NCBI GenBank assembly: GCA_964016885.1
Contig: OZ024741.1
Span: 195,734,001-195,798,000, forward strand
Reading direction: 5' to 3'
Origin: Eledone cirrhosa
Taxonomy: Eukaryota
Length of the DNA stretch: 64,000 nt
Part shown: in pieces, positions 43,178-54,208 of the stretch
Layout of the letters: each line of letters opens with the position of its first letter
Position numbering within the stretch: position 1 is the first letter of the stretch
Notes under the pieces: generated by a model
What the model was told of the DNA's origin: nothing
Database searches by the model: none
What the model saw: the letters and a program-made list of their open reading frames with translations, nothing else
Made by a program: the position numbers and the translations under genes

Positions 43178-43272
43178 TTTAGAGTTTATGTTGGTTGTAT
43201 ACCAACACCTCAGTATGCAGGCTGGAGCACTCGACGAAGTGCGCAGGTTGGTTTGGTTACTCCGGAGTAGTG

Positions 43273-43698
43273 TAAAATAAAGTTAAATAAAAGTCAAATG
43301 ATTAAAATTTAGCTTCGTTTATTACTGCTATATATATTTCAGTGACAGCCATCTTTGGCTGTGACCTCTTCAGGCAGTTTGAATTAGTATGGTATAGACA
43401 AGTACATATGTTGTTTAGGTGTATGATATTGTCAATACTCTGATATGCCCAGTTCCTTGCTGGGTTGTTAATTCACTGGGGAACTGGAGTCCAGTTCCCC
43501 AGTGAATTAACAACCCAGCAAGGAACTGGGCATATCAGAGTATTGACAATATCATACACCTAAACAACATATGTACTTGTCTATACCATACTAATTCAAA
43601 CTGCCTGAAGAGGTCACAGCCAAAGATGGCTGTCACTGAAATATATATAGCAGTAATAAACGAAGCTAAATTTTAATCATTTGACTTTTATTTAACTT

Positions 43699-43705
<7 letters not shown>
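43273..43705. repeat. Perfect 433-bp palindrome (216-bp arms, 1-nt spacer at 43489) with family C hammerheads at 43324-43378 (-) and 43600-43654 (+)
   Basis: Arm-by-arm reverse-complement identity; ACTGC-CTGAAGA-...-GAAA-TATATA-TA-GCAGT. Confidence 0.93.
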
Positions 43706-43768
<63 letters not shown>

Positions 43769-43773
43769 ATATA

Positions 43774-43805
<32 letters not shown>

Positions 43806-43855
43806 CATATATATATAAATATATGTATCTATATATATATATATATAAATATATG

Positions 43856-43917
<62 letters not shown>

Positions 43918-43925
43918 CATATATT

Positions 43926-43957
<32 letters not shown>

Positions 43958-43969
43958 TATACATATATT

Positions 43970-44090
<121 letters not shown>

Positions 44091-44317
44091 TGGTAAACGG
44101 AAAAGAAAATGCTGACAAATTGTTCACAGTGAAAAATAGTTTAATTAGAAATAAGTGAGAATTAGTAATAGTATTGGTTAGTATTCAGTTTTGGTTTTAA
44201 GTTTTACCGGTTGCGCATTTCTAATGCTTTTCAAAAATAATTTTGAGATAGAGCGTCCGTGATGTTTGCTCTAATCTGATTAGTTTTGGAAATTCTACCT
44301 GTTTTTATGTGAAAAAA

Positions 44318-44487
<170 letters not shown>

Positions 44488-44488
44488 A

Positions 44489-44838
44489 AAGAAGAAATTA
44501 AAAGATGGTTAAAAAAGTTCCATATATTTTATTATTTTTATTATGCGCATTTCGAAAACAACATCATCCTGGGACAAAAATTGTATTCTCATCAGATAAA
44601 ATAAGGTAACATGATATGAGGCCTAAAAACACTTGTCAACAAGAAAGTGTCCAATCTACATATTCTTGTTGACAAGTGTTTTTGACACTTTCTTGTTGAC
44701 AAGTGTTTTTAATCCTCATATCATGTTACCTTATTTTATCTGATGAGAACACAATTTTTGTCCCAGGATGATGTTGTTTTCGAAATGCGCATAATAAAAT
44801 ATATGGAACTTTTTTAACCATCTTTTAATTTCTTCTTT
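44489..44838. mobile_element. Palindromic element, family F, with hammerheads at 44732-44801 (+) and ~44535-44603 (-)
   Basis: TATTTTAT-CTGATGA-GAACACA...TGTTTTC-GAAA-TGCGCA-TA-ATAAAATA; inverted arms. Confidence 0.88.
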
Positions 44839-45408
44839 AATATATACTCCAGTTCTACCAACTGTTGAGTGCTACTTATCTGATATATGCATAGTTTTAT
44901 TGTTCTACAATATTACTGACCTTCTACATTATATATATATAATAACTAGAAATTGATTAACATATAAATAAACATGAATAATCACAGGAGATAATTTTTA
45001 CAAGTGTGTAACCACACATAGCTAGGTAGGTAACTAAATAAAGTTGACCAGAACTTCAAAAATAGATACCTTATAATATGATTAATCTTCCTTGTATATA
45101 TTTCATTAAAGAAATATATTTCACCAATTAATTGGATGATAAACCACGGAAGTGGAGACTTGGATTTTCAACAAGTTAAAATTATCTCCTGTGATTATTC
45201 ATGTTTATTTATATGTTAATCAATTTCTAGTTATTATAAAATGCTCGGACCTACTCGTTAGAATCTTAGAGCTTATTTTGCGGGTGATATGGCGCATGTC
45301 TTTCTGGCATGACACCCATAATTTTGATTTAGATTAAATTCTTTTGATTTATCTTAATTTTGGATATAGATATAGATACATATATATATATATATATGTA
45401 TGTATGTA

Positions 45409-45459
<51 letters not shown>

Positions 45460-45905
45460 ATGTAAATATTTATATGTGTGTGTGTGTGTGTGTAAAATAA
45501 GGGGTGAGTTGGATTTGGAAAAAATGTCTTTAGATTTTCAAAATCATCTGAGAAAATGTTGATGTATATATTTTTATCTTGCTTAGGCATGACCGTGTGG
45601 TTAAATTCATTTTGCAACTACGTGGTTCTCGGTCTTTTTCCTCTCTCCACAATATTTTGAGCAAGTCGTTTCTACCATAACTGTATACTACCATTATTTT
45701 GAGTCGAAGGGCGATGAATTGGCAGTATCGGTAGAGCGTCGGACAAGATGCTTGGTGGCATATAGTTATGGTTGTTTATGTTCTGACATCTCTTGCAAAA
45801 CTGTTGGTGCTGGCGTTTTGTGTATGAATTATTTTTTAGAAAAGTGGATGATGGACTGCGTCTTCCTGAAATGGAAAAGAAACCGTTTTGTAAAAAGAGC
45901 TATAC

Positions 45906-45963
<58 letters not shown>

Positions 45964-46211
45964 TTTCTTTATTAACCACAAGGGTTTACATAAAGTAGAC
46001 ATTAAGGACAGTGCAGGACAATGCAGGACGGTACAAATGGGCATTTCTGCGTGTAAAAAAACAAAAACAGAGGATGTAACAAAAATAACAATGAAAAATT
46101 CCCCAATAGGGGGGAGACTTCGGAGGGACATTTGTGGAGAAAGCCCAGTAAAAAGCCACAATGACCCTGACCACCAAGGCAAGTGCCCTCTCCCAGTTTT
46201 CCACCTTTAGT

Positions 46212-49200
46212 TTACAGATATATACTCAGAGTCGGCCCATTCACTCGGGCCATTCTTGCTTCTCTCACCCATCTTTCAACAAAATGCTGGGAAGAGAGCA
46301 CTTCCCTCTCTACTCTGATTTTCCTTTTCAAATGAAATTTGAAAAAGTCAATCAGAGCATCACCGAAGAGGTAAGTGCTCGTCTTCAGCCCTTTCAAACG
46401 TGTCCACCATACTATCTCTTTCGCCATGGCCACCAGACAGATAAAAACTGCCTGCCCTTCCCGGCTAAAGGAGGAGGGCGGGGCAATCCTCACGATGGAC
46501 TCAGATGATAGCTGGATCCGTCCTAAACGCGACAGCAGGTGTTCGACATAAACCCACAAGTCAGCAATTTTCGGACACTGGACGAGTGCGTGCAGGACGG
46601 TTTCGTCGCCCTGCGCGCATCTCGGACATGCCCGGCTGACGGCACCTCCATGCCTGTAGAGTTTATCCCGAACTGGCAAGGCTCCTCGGTAGCACTGCCA
46701 GGCCAGAGATTTCTGGAAGTTGTCCATAGGCCCTGGCCCGAAAGTTCTTCCGAAGAGATTGGCTAGTTGATTTTCGTCGACGCCTAGAGTTTCCCCAAGT
46801 ACGTCGTCGCTCTTCCCCTCCACTAATCCTCTATAGAACGCCGAGGTGGAGTTTCCACCGATCACATTGCCCGATTGGTCGAGGGCTGTGAGCGCCTGAA
46901 GACATTCCAGTCTCCAGGCGCTCCCTCTCGGTCTTCGCTTGACCCAGGACTGCAGCTCCGTCAAGGAAACGAGCTGGGGAAAAACGCGTCTAGCAAACGG
47001 CGACCACACCTGATCACCGTCGAGGAAGAGGTGGAGATGTCGTAGCCTGAGCGCGTGCCTGCGCATCATCAGCCACGGCATGCCCAGCCCTCCACGTAGC
47101 GGGTGTTGACAACAGATGGACCGCCTGACCATCGGAGCACGTCCCTTCCACAAAAAGCGAAAGAGCAAACGCTCCAGCGCAGTCAGGCGAGGCTTAGGAC
47201 AAGGTACGACGGTTAGGCGGTAGCAGATGACAGACGCGATGTACGCGTTAGCCACCTCCGCTCGACCTTTCAGGGATAGCTTCCTCTCCGCCCATTTCTG
47301 GGTGAGAGAAGCCACCCTGCTCGTCACCTCGTCCCAGTTTTTGTCCGTCTGGAGGTCCGGACCGAACCAGACCCCTAGCAATTTAACCGGTCCGTCCGTC
47401 CAGCGCCCGACGACGCTGTTGGACGGCATGGACCTGCCTCTCCAGGTGCCGAGCTGCAGGCCCACTGACTTTTCCTGGTTGATCATTGCTCCTGTCACCG
47501 CTTCGTATTCTCTTAGTGTAGTGCCGATCGCCTCGATGTGTTTGGCGTTCGACACCACTACGGTGACATCGTCCGCATATGCTGACACGGATCTTCCGCA
47601 TCCTAGTTCGCGCGGGACTCCCCTCAACGTCTCCAGTTTGTGCAGTAATGGCTCGAGCGTCAATACGTACAAGAGGGACGAGAGGGGACATCCTTGGCGG
47701 ACCGAGCGCATGATGTTGAACGGTTCCGACAGGTGACCATTCACTCTCACCACAGAGCAGATGTCACTGTGCATGGCAGCGATCCAGCCTCTGAAGACGG
47801 GCCCAAAGCCAGCCACCCTCAGGACGGCCGCTAGGTAACGATGGTCGACCCTATTGAAAGCTTTCGACTGATCTAAATTGATCAAGGACCCACCCGTGCT
47901 AGGTTCCCTAGCTACCCTCTCTACGATGTATCGCATGAGGTGGAGGTTGTCGTGGATGGATCTGTCGGGAATGGCGCATGTCTGCGCCTCTCCCACCAGA
48001 CCACCAACGACAAGCGCCAACCTCTTTGCTAGCACCTTGGCCAAAATCTTAAACTCTGTGTTTAGCAGAGTTATGGGCCGGAAATTGTCTATGTTATCCC
48101 CCTTGTTCGGATCCTTTCTCAGCAGTGCCACCGCTCCTCGGCTCACAGAACTGGGAATTCTCCCGTTCTGTTGCCAGTTGCAGTAGACGTCCGCCAAGAG
48201 GCCTCCGAACAAGTCTGGCATCTGTACGTAAAGTTCATAGGGCAGACCATCCAAACCAGGCGATTTACCCCTTGTGCAGCCAGTCATTGCCTCCCGTACT
48301 TCAGCGGCTGTTATCGGCTTTTCGCAACACTTCGCCTCAGTGGCCGAGAGCCGCGGCAGTCCGTCGAGGTAGACACTAAAGTCCATCCCTCTACCCGGCT
48401 CCCCGCTGCCCCCGAACAGCTGAGCGAAGTGTCGCTGAAAAGCTTCACACATTTGCCCGGGATCGAGTAGCATGCGCCCGTCGTGGTCCACCAAAGACCG
48501 GATCGTGGCTTTGTTGCCACGACGCGCCTCCGCCACTCGGGCCCATTGAACGGCTTTCGTCCCCTCGTGTCTGAGAGCACGCACCCTAGCTCTGACAACG
48601 CAGCCTTCGTGCTTTGCATTGAAGAATTGGTCAAGGGCCAATTTCGCCGCAAGCACGTCGGTCGCAATGCCTTTGCTAAGCGCCTCGTCTAATTTTCTAA
48701 CTAGTTCTCCCTCTGCTCTATTTTTCTCTATTGCTAAAGCCTTACTAAACCTAATCGATTCTATTCTAATCGCTCTTTTCAGAGCAAACCACCACTTGTT
48801 GTTGACGATGGCCCCCGTCAACGCCCGCTTAACTAGTTCGCTAATCCGGTCTCTGTAGGCCTTGCGCGCCGGTAAGGACGCGTTTAGCTTCCAGTAGCCG
48901 GGTCCTCGTCTATGAAGCCTATCTAAGTCAAGCACACAGGTCACGAATTTGTGGTCCGTGTAGCTGACTATCTTGAATTGTGGACAGCCTATGCTAGACC
49001 TATCTATTTCCCTACAAAATACTCTATCTAGATATGATCTGGATGACCCTATGCGGTTTGTCCAAGTCCACATTGGCACATTCGGGAAATCCAATCGGTA
49101 CCTGTCAGACAGTTCAAAACGCCTGAGCAGGTTGGTGAGGCTCTTGCACCCTCCACACCTATCCGCTAATCCCACACAGTCCCAGCGTGCATCTAAGATC

Positions 49201-49631
49201 CCGTTCCAGTCGCCCACTAACACTAAAGAGCGGGACGTTCCAAGAAAGGTCTCCAGACGCCGGAAGAAATCAGGCCGCCCTGCTCCTGTCGGGGCATAGA
49301 CGGCCACTAGCCTGAAAGCTTGCCCGTCTCCGCTGGTCACGTCCAGCACCACCAGCTTACCCTCTGGGTCCAGGAAGATGGCCCGTATGGCGAGATCCAA
49401 ACCTCTCCGAAAAAGCACAGCAACTCCTCCACCCGATCCAGGACGGCTGGGAGATGCGTACACATCGTAGCCGCCGAAGATCGGTGCGAAGGCCCGTGCT
49501 TCGGAGATTCTGGTCTCGCTGATGGCCACTACATCTATGTTTAGTGACCTGAGATCGTTGAGCAGGTGACCCTGCTTCCATGACGACCCCAAGCCACGCG
49601 CATTTATGCTGCCTATTCTGAGTGAGGTCAT
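46212..49631 (-). CDS. Tx1 ORF2: APE endonuclease, reverse transcriptase and C-terminal CCHC finger (1139 aa)
   Basis: INARGL, SET, GDWN, TDH, YWKLN, SPGLDG, FRPITLLN, RQGCPLS, YADD, CPRC...ETVLHAL..C. Confidence 0.96.
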   Translation of the reverse strand: MTSLRIGSINARGLGSSWKQGHLLNDLRSLNIDVVAISETRISEARAFAPIFGGYDVYASPSRPGSGGGVAVLFRRGLDLAIRAIFLDPEGKLVVLDVTSGDGQAFRLVAVYAPTGAGRPDFFRRLETFLGTSRSLVLVGDWNGILDARWDCVGLADRCGGCKSLTNLLRRFELSDRYRLDFPNVPMWTWTNRIGSSRSYLDRVFCREIDRSSIGCPQFKIVSYTDHKFVTCVLDLDRLHRRGPGYWKLNASLPARKAYRDRISELVKRALTGAIVNNKWWFALKRAIRIESIRFSKALAIEKNRAEGELVRKLDEALSKGIATDVLAAKLALDQFFNAKHEGCVVRARVRALRHEGTKAVQWARVAEARRGNKATIRSLVDHDGRMLLDPGQMCEAFQRHFAQLFGGSGEPGRGMDFSVYLDGLPRLSATEAKCCEKPITAAEVREAMTGCTRGKSPGLDGLPYELYVQMPDLFGGLLADVYCNWQQNGRIPSSVSRGAVALLRKDPNKGDNIDNFRPITLLNTEFKILAKVLAKRLALVVGGLVGEAQTCAIPDRSIHDNLHLMRYIVERVAREPSTGGSLINLDQSKAFNRVDHRYLAAVLRVAGFGPVFRGWIAAMHSDICSVVRVNGHLSEPFNIMRSVRQGCPLSSLLYVLTLEPLLHKLETLRGVPRELGCGRSVSAYADDVTVVVSNAKHIEAIGTTLREYEAVTGAMINQEKSVGLQLGTWRGRSMPSNSVVGRWTDGPVKLLGVWFGPDLQTDKNWDEVTSRVASLTQKWAERKLSLKGRAEVANAYIASVICYRLTVVPCPKPRLTALERLLFRFLWKGRAPMVRRSICCQHPLRGGLGMPWLMMRRHALRLRHLHLFLDGDQVWSPFARRVFPQLVSLTELQSWVKRRPRGSAWRLECLQALTALDQSGNVIGGNSTSAFYRGLVEGKSDDVLGETLGVDENQLANLFGRTFGPGPMDNFQKSLAWQCYRGALPVRDKLYRHGGAVSRACPRCAQGDETVLHALVQCPKIADLWVYVEHLLSRLGRIQLSSESIVRIAPPSSFSREGQAVFICLVAMAKEIVWWTRLKGLKTSTYLFGDALIDFFKFHLKRKIRVEREVLSSQHFVERWVREARMARVNGPTLSIYL

Positions 49632-49666
49632 GTTTAAAATAGAGTGGAAAAGATGGGAAAGACCAC

Positions 49667-51763
49667 TTACCGTACTTTTGGTAGAGGAGGGATGGTTTTT
49701 ACATCCCTTTTCACTTGATCGTCTGGTGAAGGGACCGTTGAATCGTCCCTTCGGCTGGTCGTCGGCTCTTCTAAGAGAATGTCTGAGTATACTCTTCGAT
49801 TGATGGTTCCTCCTAGGTCCCTGAAATCACCAACTGCGTTGGGGAATTTCGTTTTAATGTTTGTGTATTGTTTCTGTGCTATTTTTAGCAGTCTTATGTT
49901 AGTTGGCGTTTTGATTGGTGCTGGTATTATGTAGTCCTGTTGTGAAATGTCTGTGTGTTCAATTATGTAAGTCATTAGTTTCTTGTTGTGTGTATTTATT
50001 GCCGTGCATTTGTTTTTCTGGGGGTGGGGTGTGGTTCTGCTATTTTCTTGTCGTTGTTGCTGGGTGTGTGTGTTTTGTTGTTGTGTTTGCGATGTTGGTG
50101 CTTGTGGTGGTGGTGTTGAAGGTGTTGTTGGCGGTGGGGTTGTCGCCGGTGGTGATGGTGGTGCTGGTGTGGGTGGTGATGGTGTTGGTGGTGTTGCTGC
50201 TGTGGGTCTCTTTGCAGTAGACTTTACCCTTTTCTCATTTCTTTCCTCCCTTTTCAAAGGCGACGATGCGCTGCTTCTGCGTTTGTGCCTTCTTGCGACC
50301 TTTTGCCATCCCTCTCCCACCTCACACTCCATGTCTGATTCTGTAAGGTCGGGGAGGGGTACCAGCTCCACTCTTTCACTTGTTGTTGTTGGTGATGTTT
50401 GCACTGGAGTCTCTGTTGCAGCTGCATTTGGTATTGCTGTTGTTGTTGTTAATATTTCCACTGCTGCTGCTGTCTTTGATTTCCGTGGAGTGGGTATGGG
50501 TGCCACGGACCTATCGTTCCTGGTTGCCGCTTGTCCTGTTGCTGGTAGCCGTGGAGCCGGATTCGGAAGGAGGGGGGTTTTCTCCTTTCTCAGGGTCTTC
50601 TCGTTGCAGAAGGCCCTGAGGTGAGTCTTCGATCCACAGCGAAAGCATTTCGGGCGTTTGCCCTCAACACTTATGGGCAGTTGAGTGCCGTTATCGAAGT
50701 CTATCACATCCGGGATAGCTTCGATGCACTCCTGGTTGGTTTGGATTAGCATCTCAATGGAGGAGCCGACCCAATCTTCTCTTACTTTTTTCTGTACTTG
50801 CAGTACAGTTGTTTTGTCCTCGATTCCGACGAGGACAGACGCGGCCAGCCAAGAAGGGGTCATTCCGGGGGGGACGTGGGTCAGTTTGACCCTCACAATT
50901 TTTTGCCCGCAGTAGGAGGGCACCAACACCATTTCCTCGCTCCTTAGGGTCACTACTGATTGGGCCTTTGCCTCCTGGGGTGTGGCAAAAAGTGCGTCTA
51001 CGGTGGCGTATTTTTTGCCTCGGGTGATGTGCGTTTTCCTCTGCCACACAGACCCCAAGGCTTTTTGTATTTGGGCCTCTGTGGCTCTTTCCACCCTACG
51101 GGATTTTGTACTTACTGTACGGTACGTGACCGTACAGTGCTCTTGGGTTTCGAAAAAATTTTTCGCTGCCTTGCAGATTGCTCGGTGTCCGTTCTTTGTC
51201 ACCATCTTCTTCGCTTCCTCTAATTCCTCATTTGTTATGAGGATTGTTTCCAAGTTTTTCGCAATACCTGCAAATGAGATTGGTTTTTCTCTGCTGTTGT
51301 TGTTGTCGTCAGAGCTGCTGGTACTTTTGTTGTTGCTGCAGGTACTACGACTACTGCCTCCGCCGCTGTTGCTGTGGTTGTTGTTGGTGTTGCTGCTGCT
51401 AATGCTGTTGTTGTTTATGCTGCTGGTGATGCTGTTGCGGCTGCTACTGTTGTTTTTATTGTCACTGTTGCTGTTGTTATTACGGCTGCTACTGCTATTA
51501 TTCCTGACGTCAGACGAATGAACTGGGTTTTCGTATTTCCCGCACACCTGTTTCGTCGCTGTCGTCGTCGTCGTGGAGAAACCTTGCACGCTTTGCACGA
51601 GACTTTTCTTTTCTTTCGTCGCTTGCGAAAGAGAAGGGAGGGAGAGAGACACATTTAAAGAAGGGAGGGAGAGAGACAATCTTCTCTCTGTTGTAGTGAT
51701 GATTGAGGAAGAAGAAGACGGAATGAGTGGGAGTGACGTATGAAATTTCTTTTTTGTAGCCAT
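49667..51763 (-). CDS. Tx1 ORF1: gag-like protein with a zinc knuckle (698 aa)
   Basis: CFRCGSKTHLRAFC (CX2CX4HX4C); low-complexity S/N and P/T regions; 35 nt upstream of ORF2. Confidence 0.9.
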   Translation of the reverse strand: MATKKKFHTSLPLIPSSSSSIITTTERRLSLSLPSLNVSLSLPSLSQATKEKKSLVQSVQGFSTTTTTATKQVCGKYENPVHSSDVRNNSSSSRNNNSNSDNKNNSSSRNSITSSINNNSISSSNTNNNHSNSGGGSSRSTCSNNKSTSSSDDNNNSREKPISFAGIAKNLETILITNEELEEAKKMVTKNGHRAICKAAKNFFETQEHCTVTYRTVSTKSRRVERATEAQIQKALGSVWQRKTHITRGKKYATVDALFATPQEAKAQSVVTLRSEEMVLVPSYCGQKIVRVKLTHVPPGMTPSWLAASVLVGIEDKTTVLQVQKKVREDWVGSSIEMLIQTNQECIEAIPDVIDFDNGTQLPISVEGKRPKCFRCGSKTHLRAFCNEKTLRKEKTPLLPNPAPRLPATGQAATRNDRSVAPIPTPRKSKTAAAVEILTTTTAIPNAAATETPVQTSPTTTSERVELVPLPDLTESDMECEVGEGWQKVARRHKRRSSASSPLKREERNEKRVKSTAKRPTAATPPTPSPPTPAPPSPPATTPPPTTPSTPPPQAPTSQTQQQNTHTQQQRQENSRTTPHPQKNKCTAINTHNKKLMTYIIEHTDISQQDYIIPAPIKTPTNIRLLKIAQKQYTNIKTKFPNAVGDFRDLGGTINRRVYSDILLEEPTTSRRDDSTVPSPDDQVKRDVKTIPPLPKVR

Positions 51764-51998
51764 GTTGTTTTTTGTTTAAAATGAAATTTTGGGTACAAAA
51801 CCCCAATAACTGGTTATTTAACCCCGAAGGGCCAAATAACGGACAGAAAGACCCCTCTCACGAGGAGGAGGGTGTCTTTATCAACAATTTGGTTCAAGTT
51901 TTAAACAATTTACAATTGTTTTAACGGTTAAAAATTACTATACCTTACAGAGCCGAGCCTCCGTCAACCATGGCATTCAATAATAATAATAATAATAA

Positions 51999-54173
51999 AA
52001 TTTTAACATCAGTCCTAACTGAATACACATATGACCACCTGATAACAAATGACCTATTTCCCATTGAGCAGAAAGGGTGTAAACGAGGCTCATATGGCTG
52101 TAAGGATCAGCTTCTGGTTAACAAAATGATACTGGAAGATTGTCATAATAGACACAAAAATCTATCGATTGCTTGGATAGATTATAAAAAAGCATTCGAT
52201 AGTTTGCCACACAGTTGGATTGAAAAATGTTTAGAGATTTTCAAAATATCCCCCGTTGTCAGGAGGTTTTTGTCATTCAGTATGAGGACATGGAGAACGA
52301 CACTCCTTTTGAATAGTGAAACAAAATCACTGGAAGCTGGAGAAGTTAACATTAATTGTGGAATTTTTCAGGGTGACTCTTTATAACCGCTTTTATTCTG
52401 CATCGCACTTATACCATTAAGTAAAATGCTCAATGAAACAAAACATGGATATAGAGTCTATGACAAAAACATTAATCACCTGTTCTACATGGATGACCTG
52501 AAACTATTTGCAAAAAATGATGAACAATTGCAAGGGCTATTATCCACTGTGAAGCAGTTCAGTGATGACATTAAAATGGAGTTTGGACTGGATAAATACG
52601 CCAAAGCAACGTTCACCAGAGGAAAGCTGCTGAAGAGTTCAGACATTAATCTTGATCGGGGGAACGTGATAAGAGAGCTTGATCAAGAAAAAACTTACAA
52701 ATATCTAGGTGTTTGTGAAGGAGACGGAATCAAGCACTCGACAATGAGGGAAAGGATAAGGAAGGAATGTTACCGCAGAGTCAGAGCAATCTTAAGAACG
52801 GAATTGAATGCAAGGAATAGGATCGATGCCATAAACACGCTTGCCATACCAGTAGTAACCTACAGTTACAATGTCATCAACTGGTCAAGCACAGAGATCC
52901 GTAGGCTCGATACAAAAATCCGAAAATTCTTAACCATGCACAGAATGCATCACCCTAAGGCAGACATAGATAGAATATATCTCCCTAGGAAAGAAGGACG
53001 TGGGTTAATCCAGTTAGACATTGCGTTGAAAACTGCAACAATTGGATTATCCACATATCTAAGGGAATCACATGATTGGATGATCAAACTCGTTTTGAAA
53101 CACGAAAGCACCAAAAGATCATATTCCATTACAAAAGCTGCACAAAGATACAGTAATGGACTACAAATTTCAGAAGTCCCATTTACTGCTGAAATGGAAA
53201 ACACAGAAAAAGCAAAGCAGGTAAAAGTAACTGCAAAGAAAGAACTGCTACAGAAACTGGCTAAGAAATGGCAAGAAAAGCCTCTGTATGGAAAATACCC
53301 AGAGCGAGCTAACAATCCTGATGTTGACAAAATTTTAACCCATCAGTGGTTGGCATCCTCTGGACTGAAATCGGAGACTGAAGGACTGATTATATCGGCA
53401 CAAGATCAGTGTCTGCCAACAAAAAATTACCAAGCCAACATAATAAAAAATGGGTGCAGCCCATTATGCCGTGTATGCAAAAAACAACCAGAGACCATTG
53501 ACCATATAATTTCAATGTGCAGTCCTATAGCTCCAACCGAATACCTAAACAGGCATGACAGAGCTGCACAATACATACATTGGATAATGTGTAAGCATTT
53601 TGACCTGCCCCATCAAAAGAATTGGTGGGAGCATCAACCACCTCCCATACTTGAAAAAGATCACATCTCAATCTTGTGGAACTTTAGCATCCAAACAGAC
53701 CGAAAAATAGATGCAAATAGACCTGATATAATATTGAAGGACTTTCAAAGGAGGGTATGCCTGCTAATTGATATGTCTGTTCCAATAGACAAGAATGTAT
53801 CTATAAAAACATTTGAAAAATTGAGCAAGTATAAGGACCTGGAGATAGAAATTGGAAAAATGTGGAAATTGAGAACTAAAACAATACCAGGGATTGTAGG
53901 CGCTCTGAGAATGATACCTAAGGGGTTTAACGACTACTTATCGCAAATCCCAGGAAACCCGCGTATAGGAGAAATACAAAAGATAGTACTAATGGGAACT
54001 GCCCATATACTAAGGAAGATCCTGTCAATATAAGTACATCACAAGTCTAAACACTAAGGATGCATGTGTGAATATGTATGTTCTTTCTTGAACATGGCGG
54101 ACCTTGTTGTCTCTTGAGGTCACTGGTTGTGACTTGGTGATAACTCGTATAAACATAAAGCAAGATAAATGCA

Positions 54174-54206
<33 letters not shown>
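51999..54206 (+). mobile_element. 5'-truncated R4/Dong-clade retrotransposon (RT + RLE endonuclease) with one in-frame stop and an (AAT)n tail
   Basis: EQKG, IDYKKAFDS.PH, GIFQGDSL*P, YMDDLK, CRVC...H....C, RHD, RPDI...D...P, K..KY. Confidence 0.92.

Positions 54207-54208
<2 letters not shown>

Larger units (their letters stand above)
45962..51978 (-). mobile_element. Full-length Tx1/L1-clade non-LTR retrotransposon flanked by (AAT)n
   Basis: Two uninterrupted ORFs, 5' and 3' UTRs, AATAAA near the 3' end, (AAT)n at 45908-45961 and 51979-51998. Confidence 0.95.
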
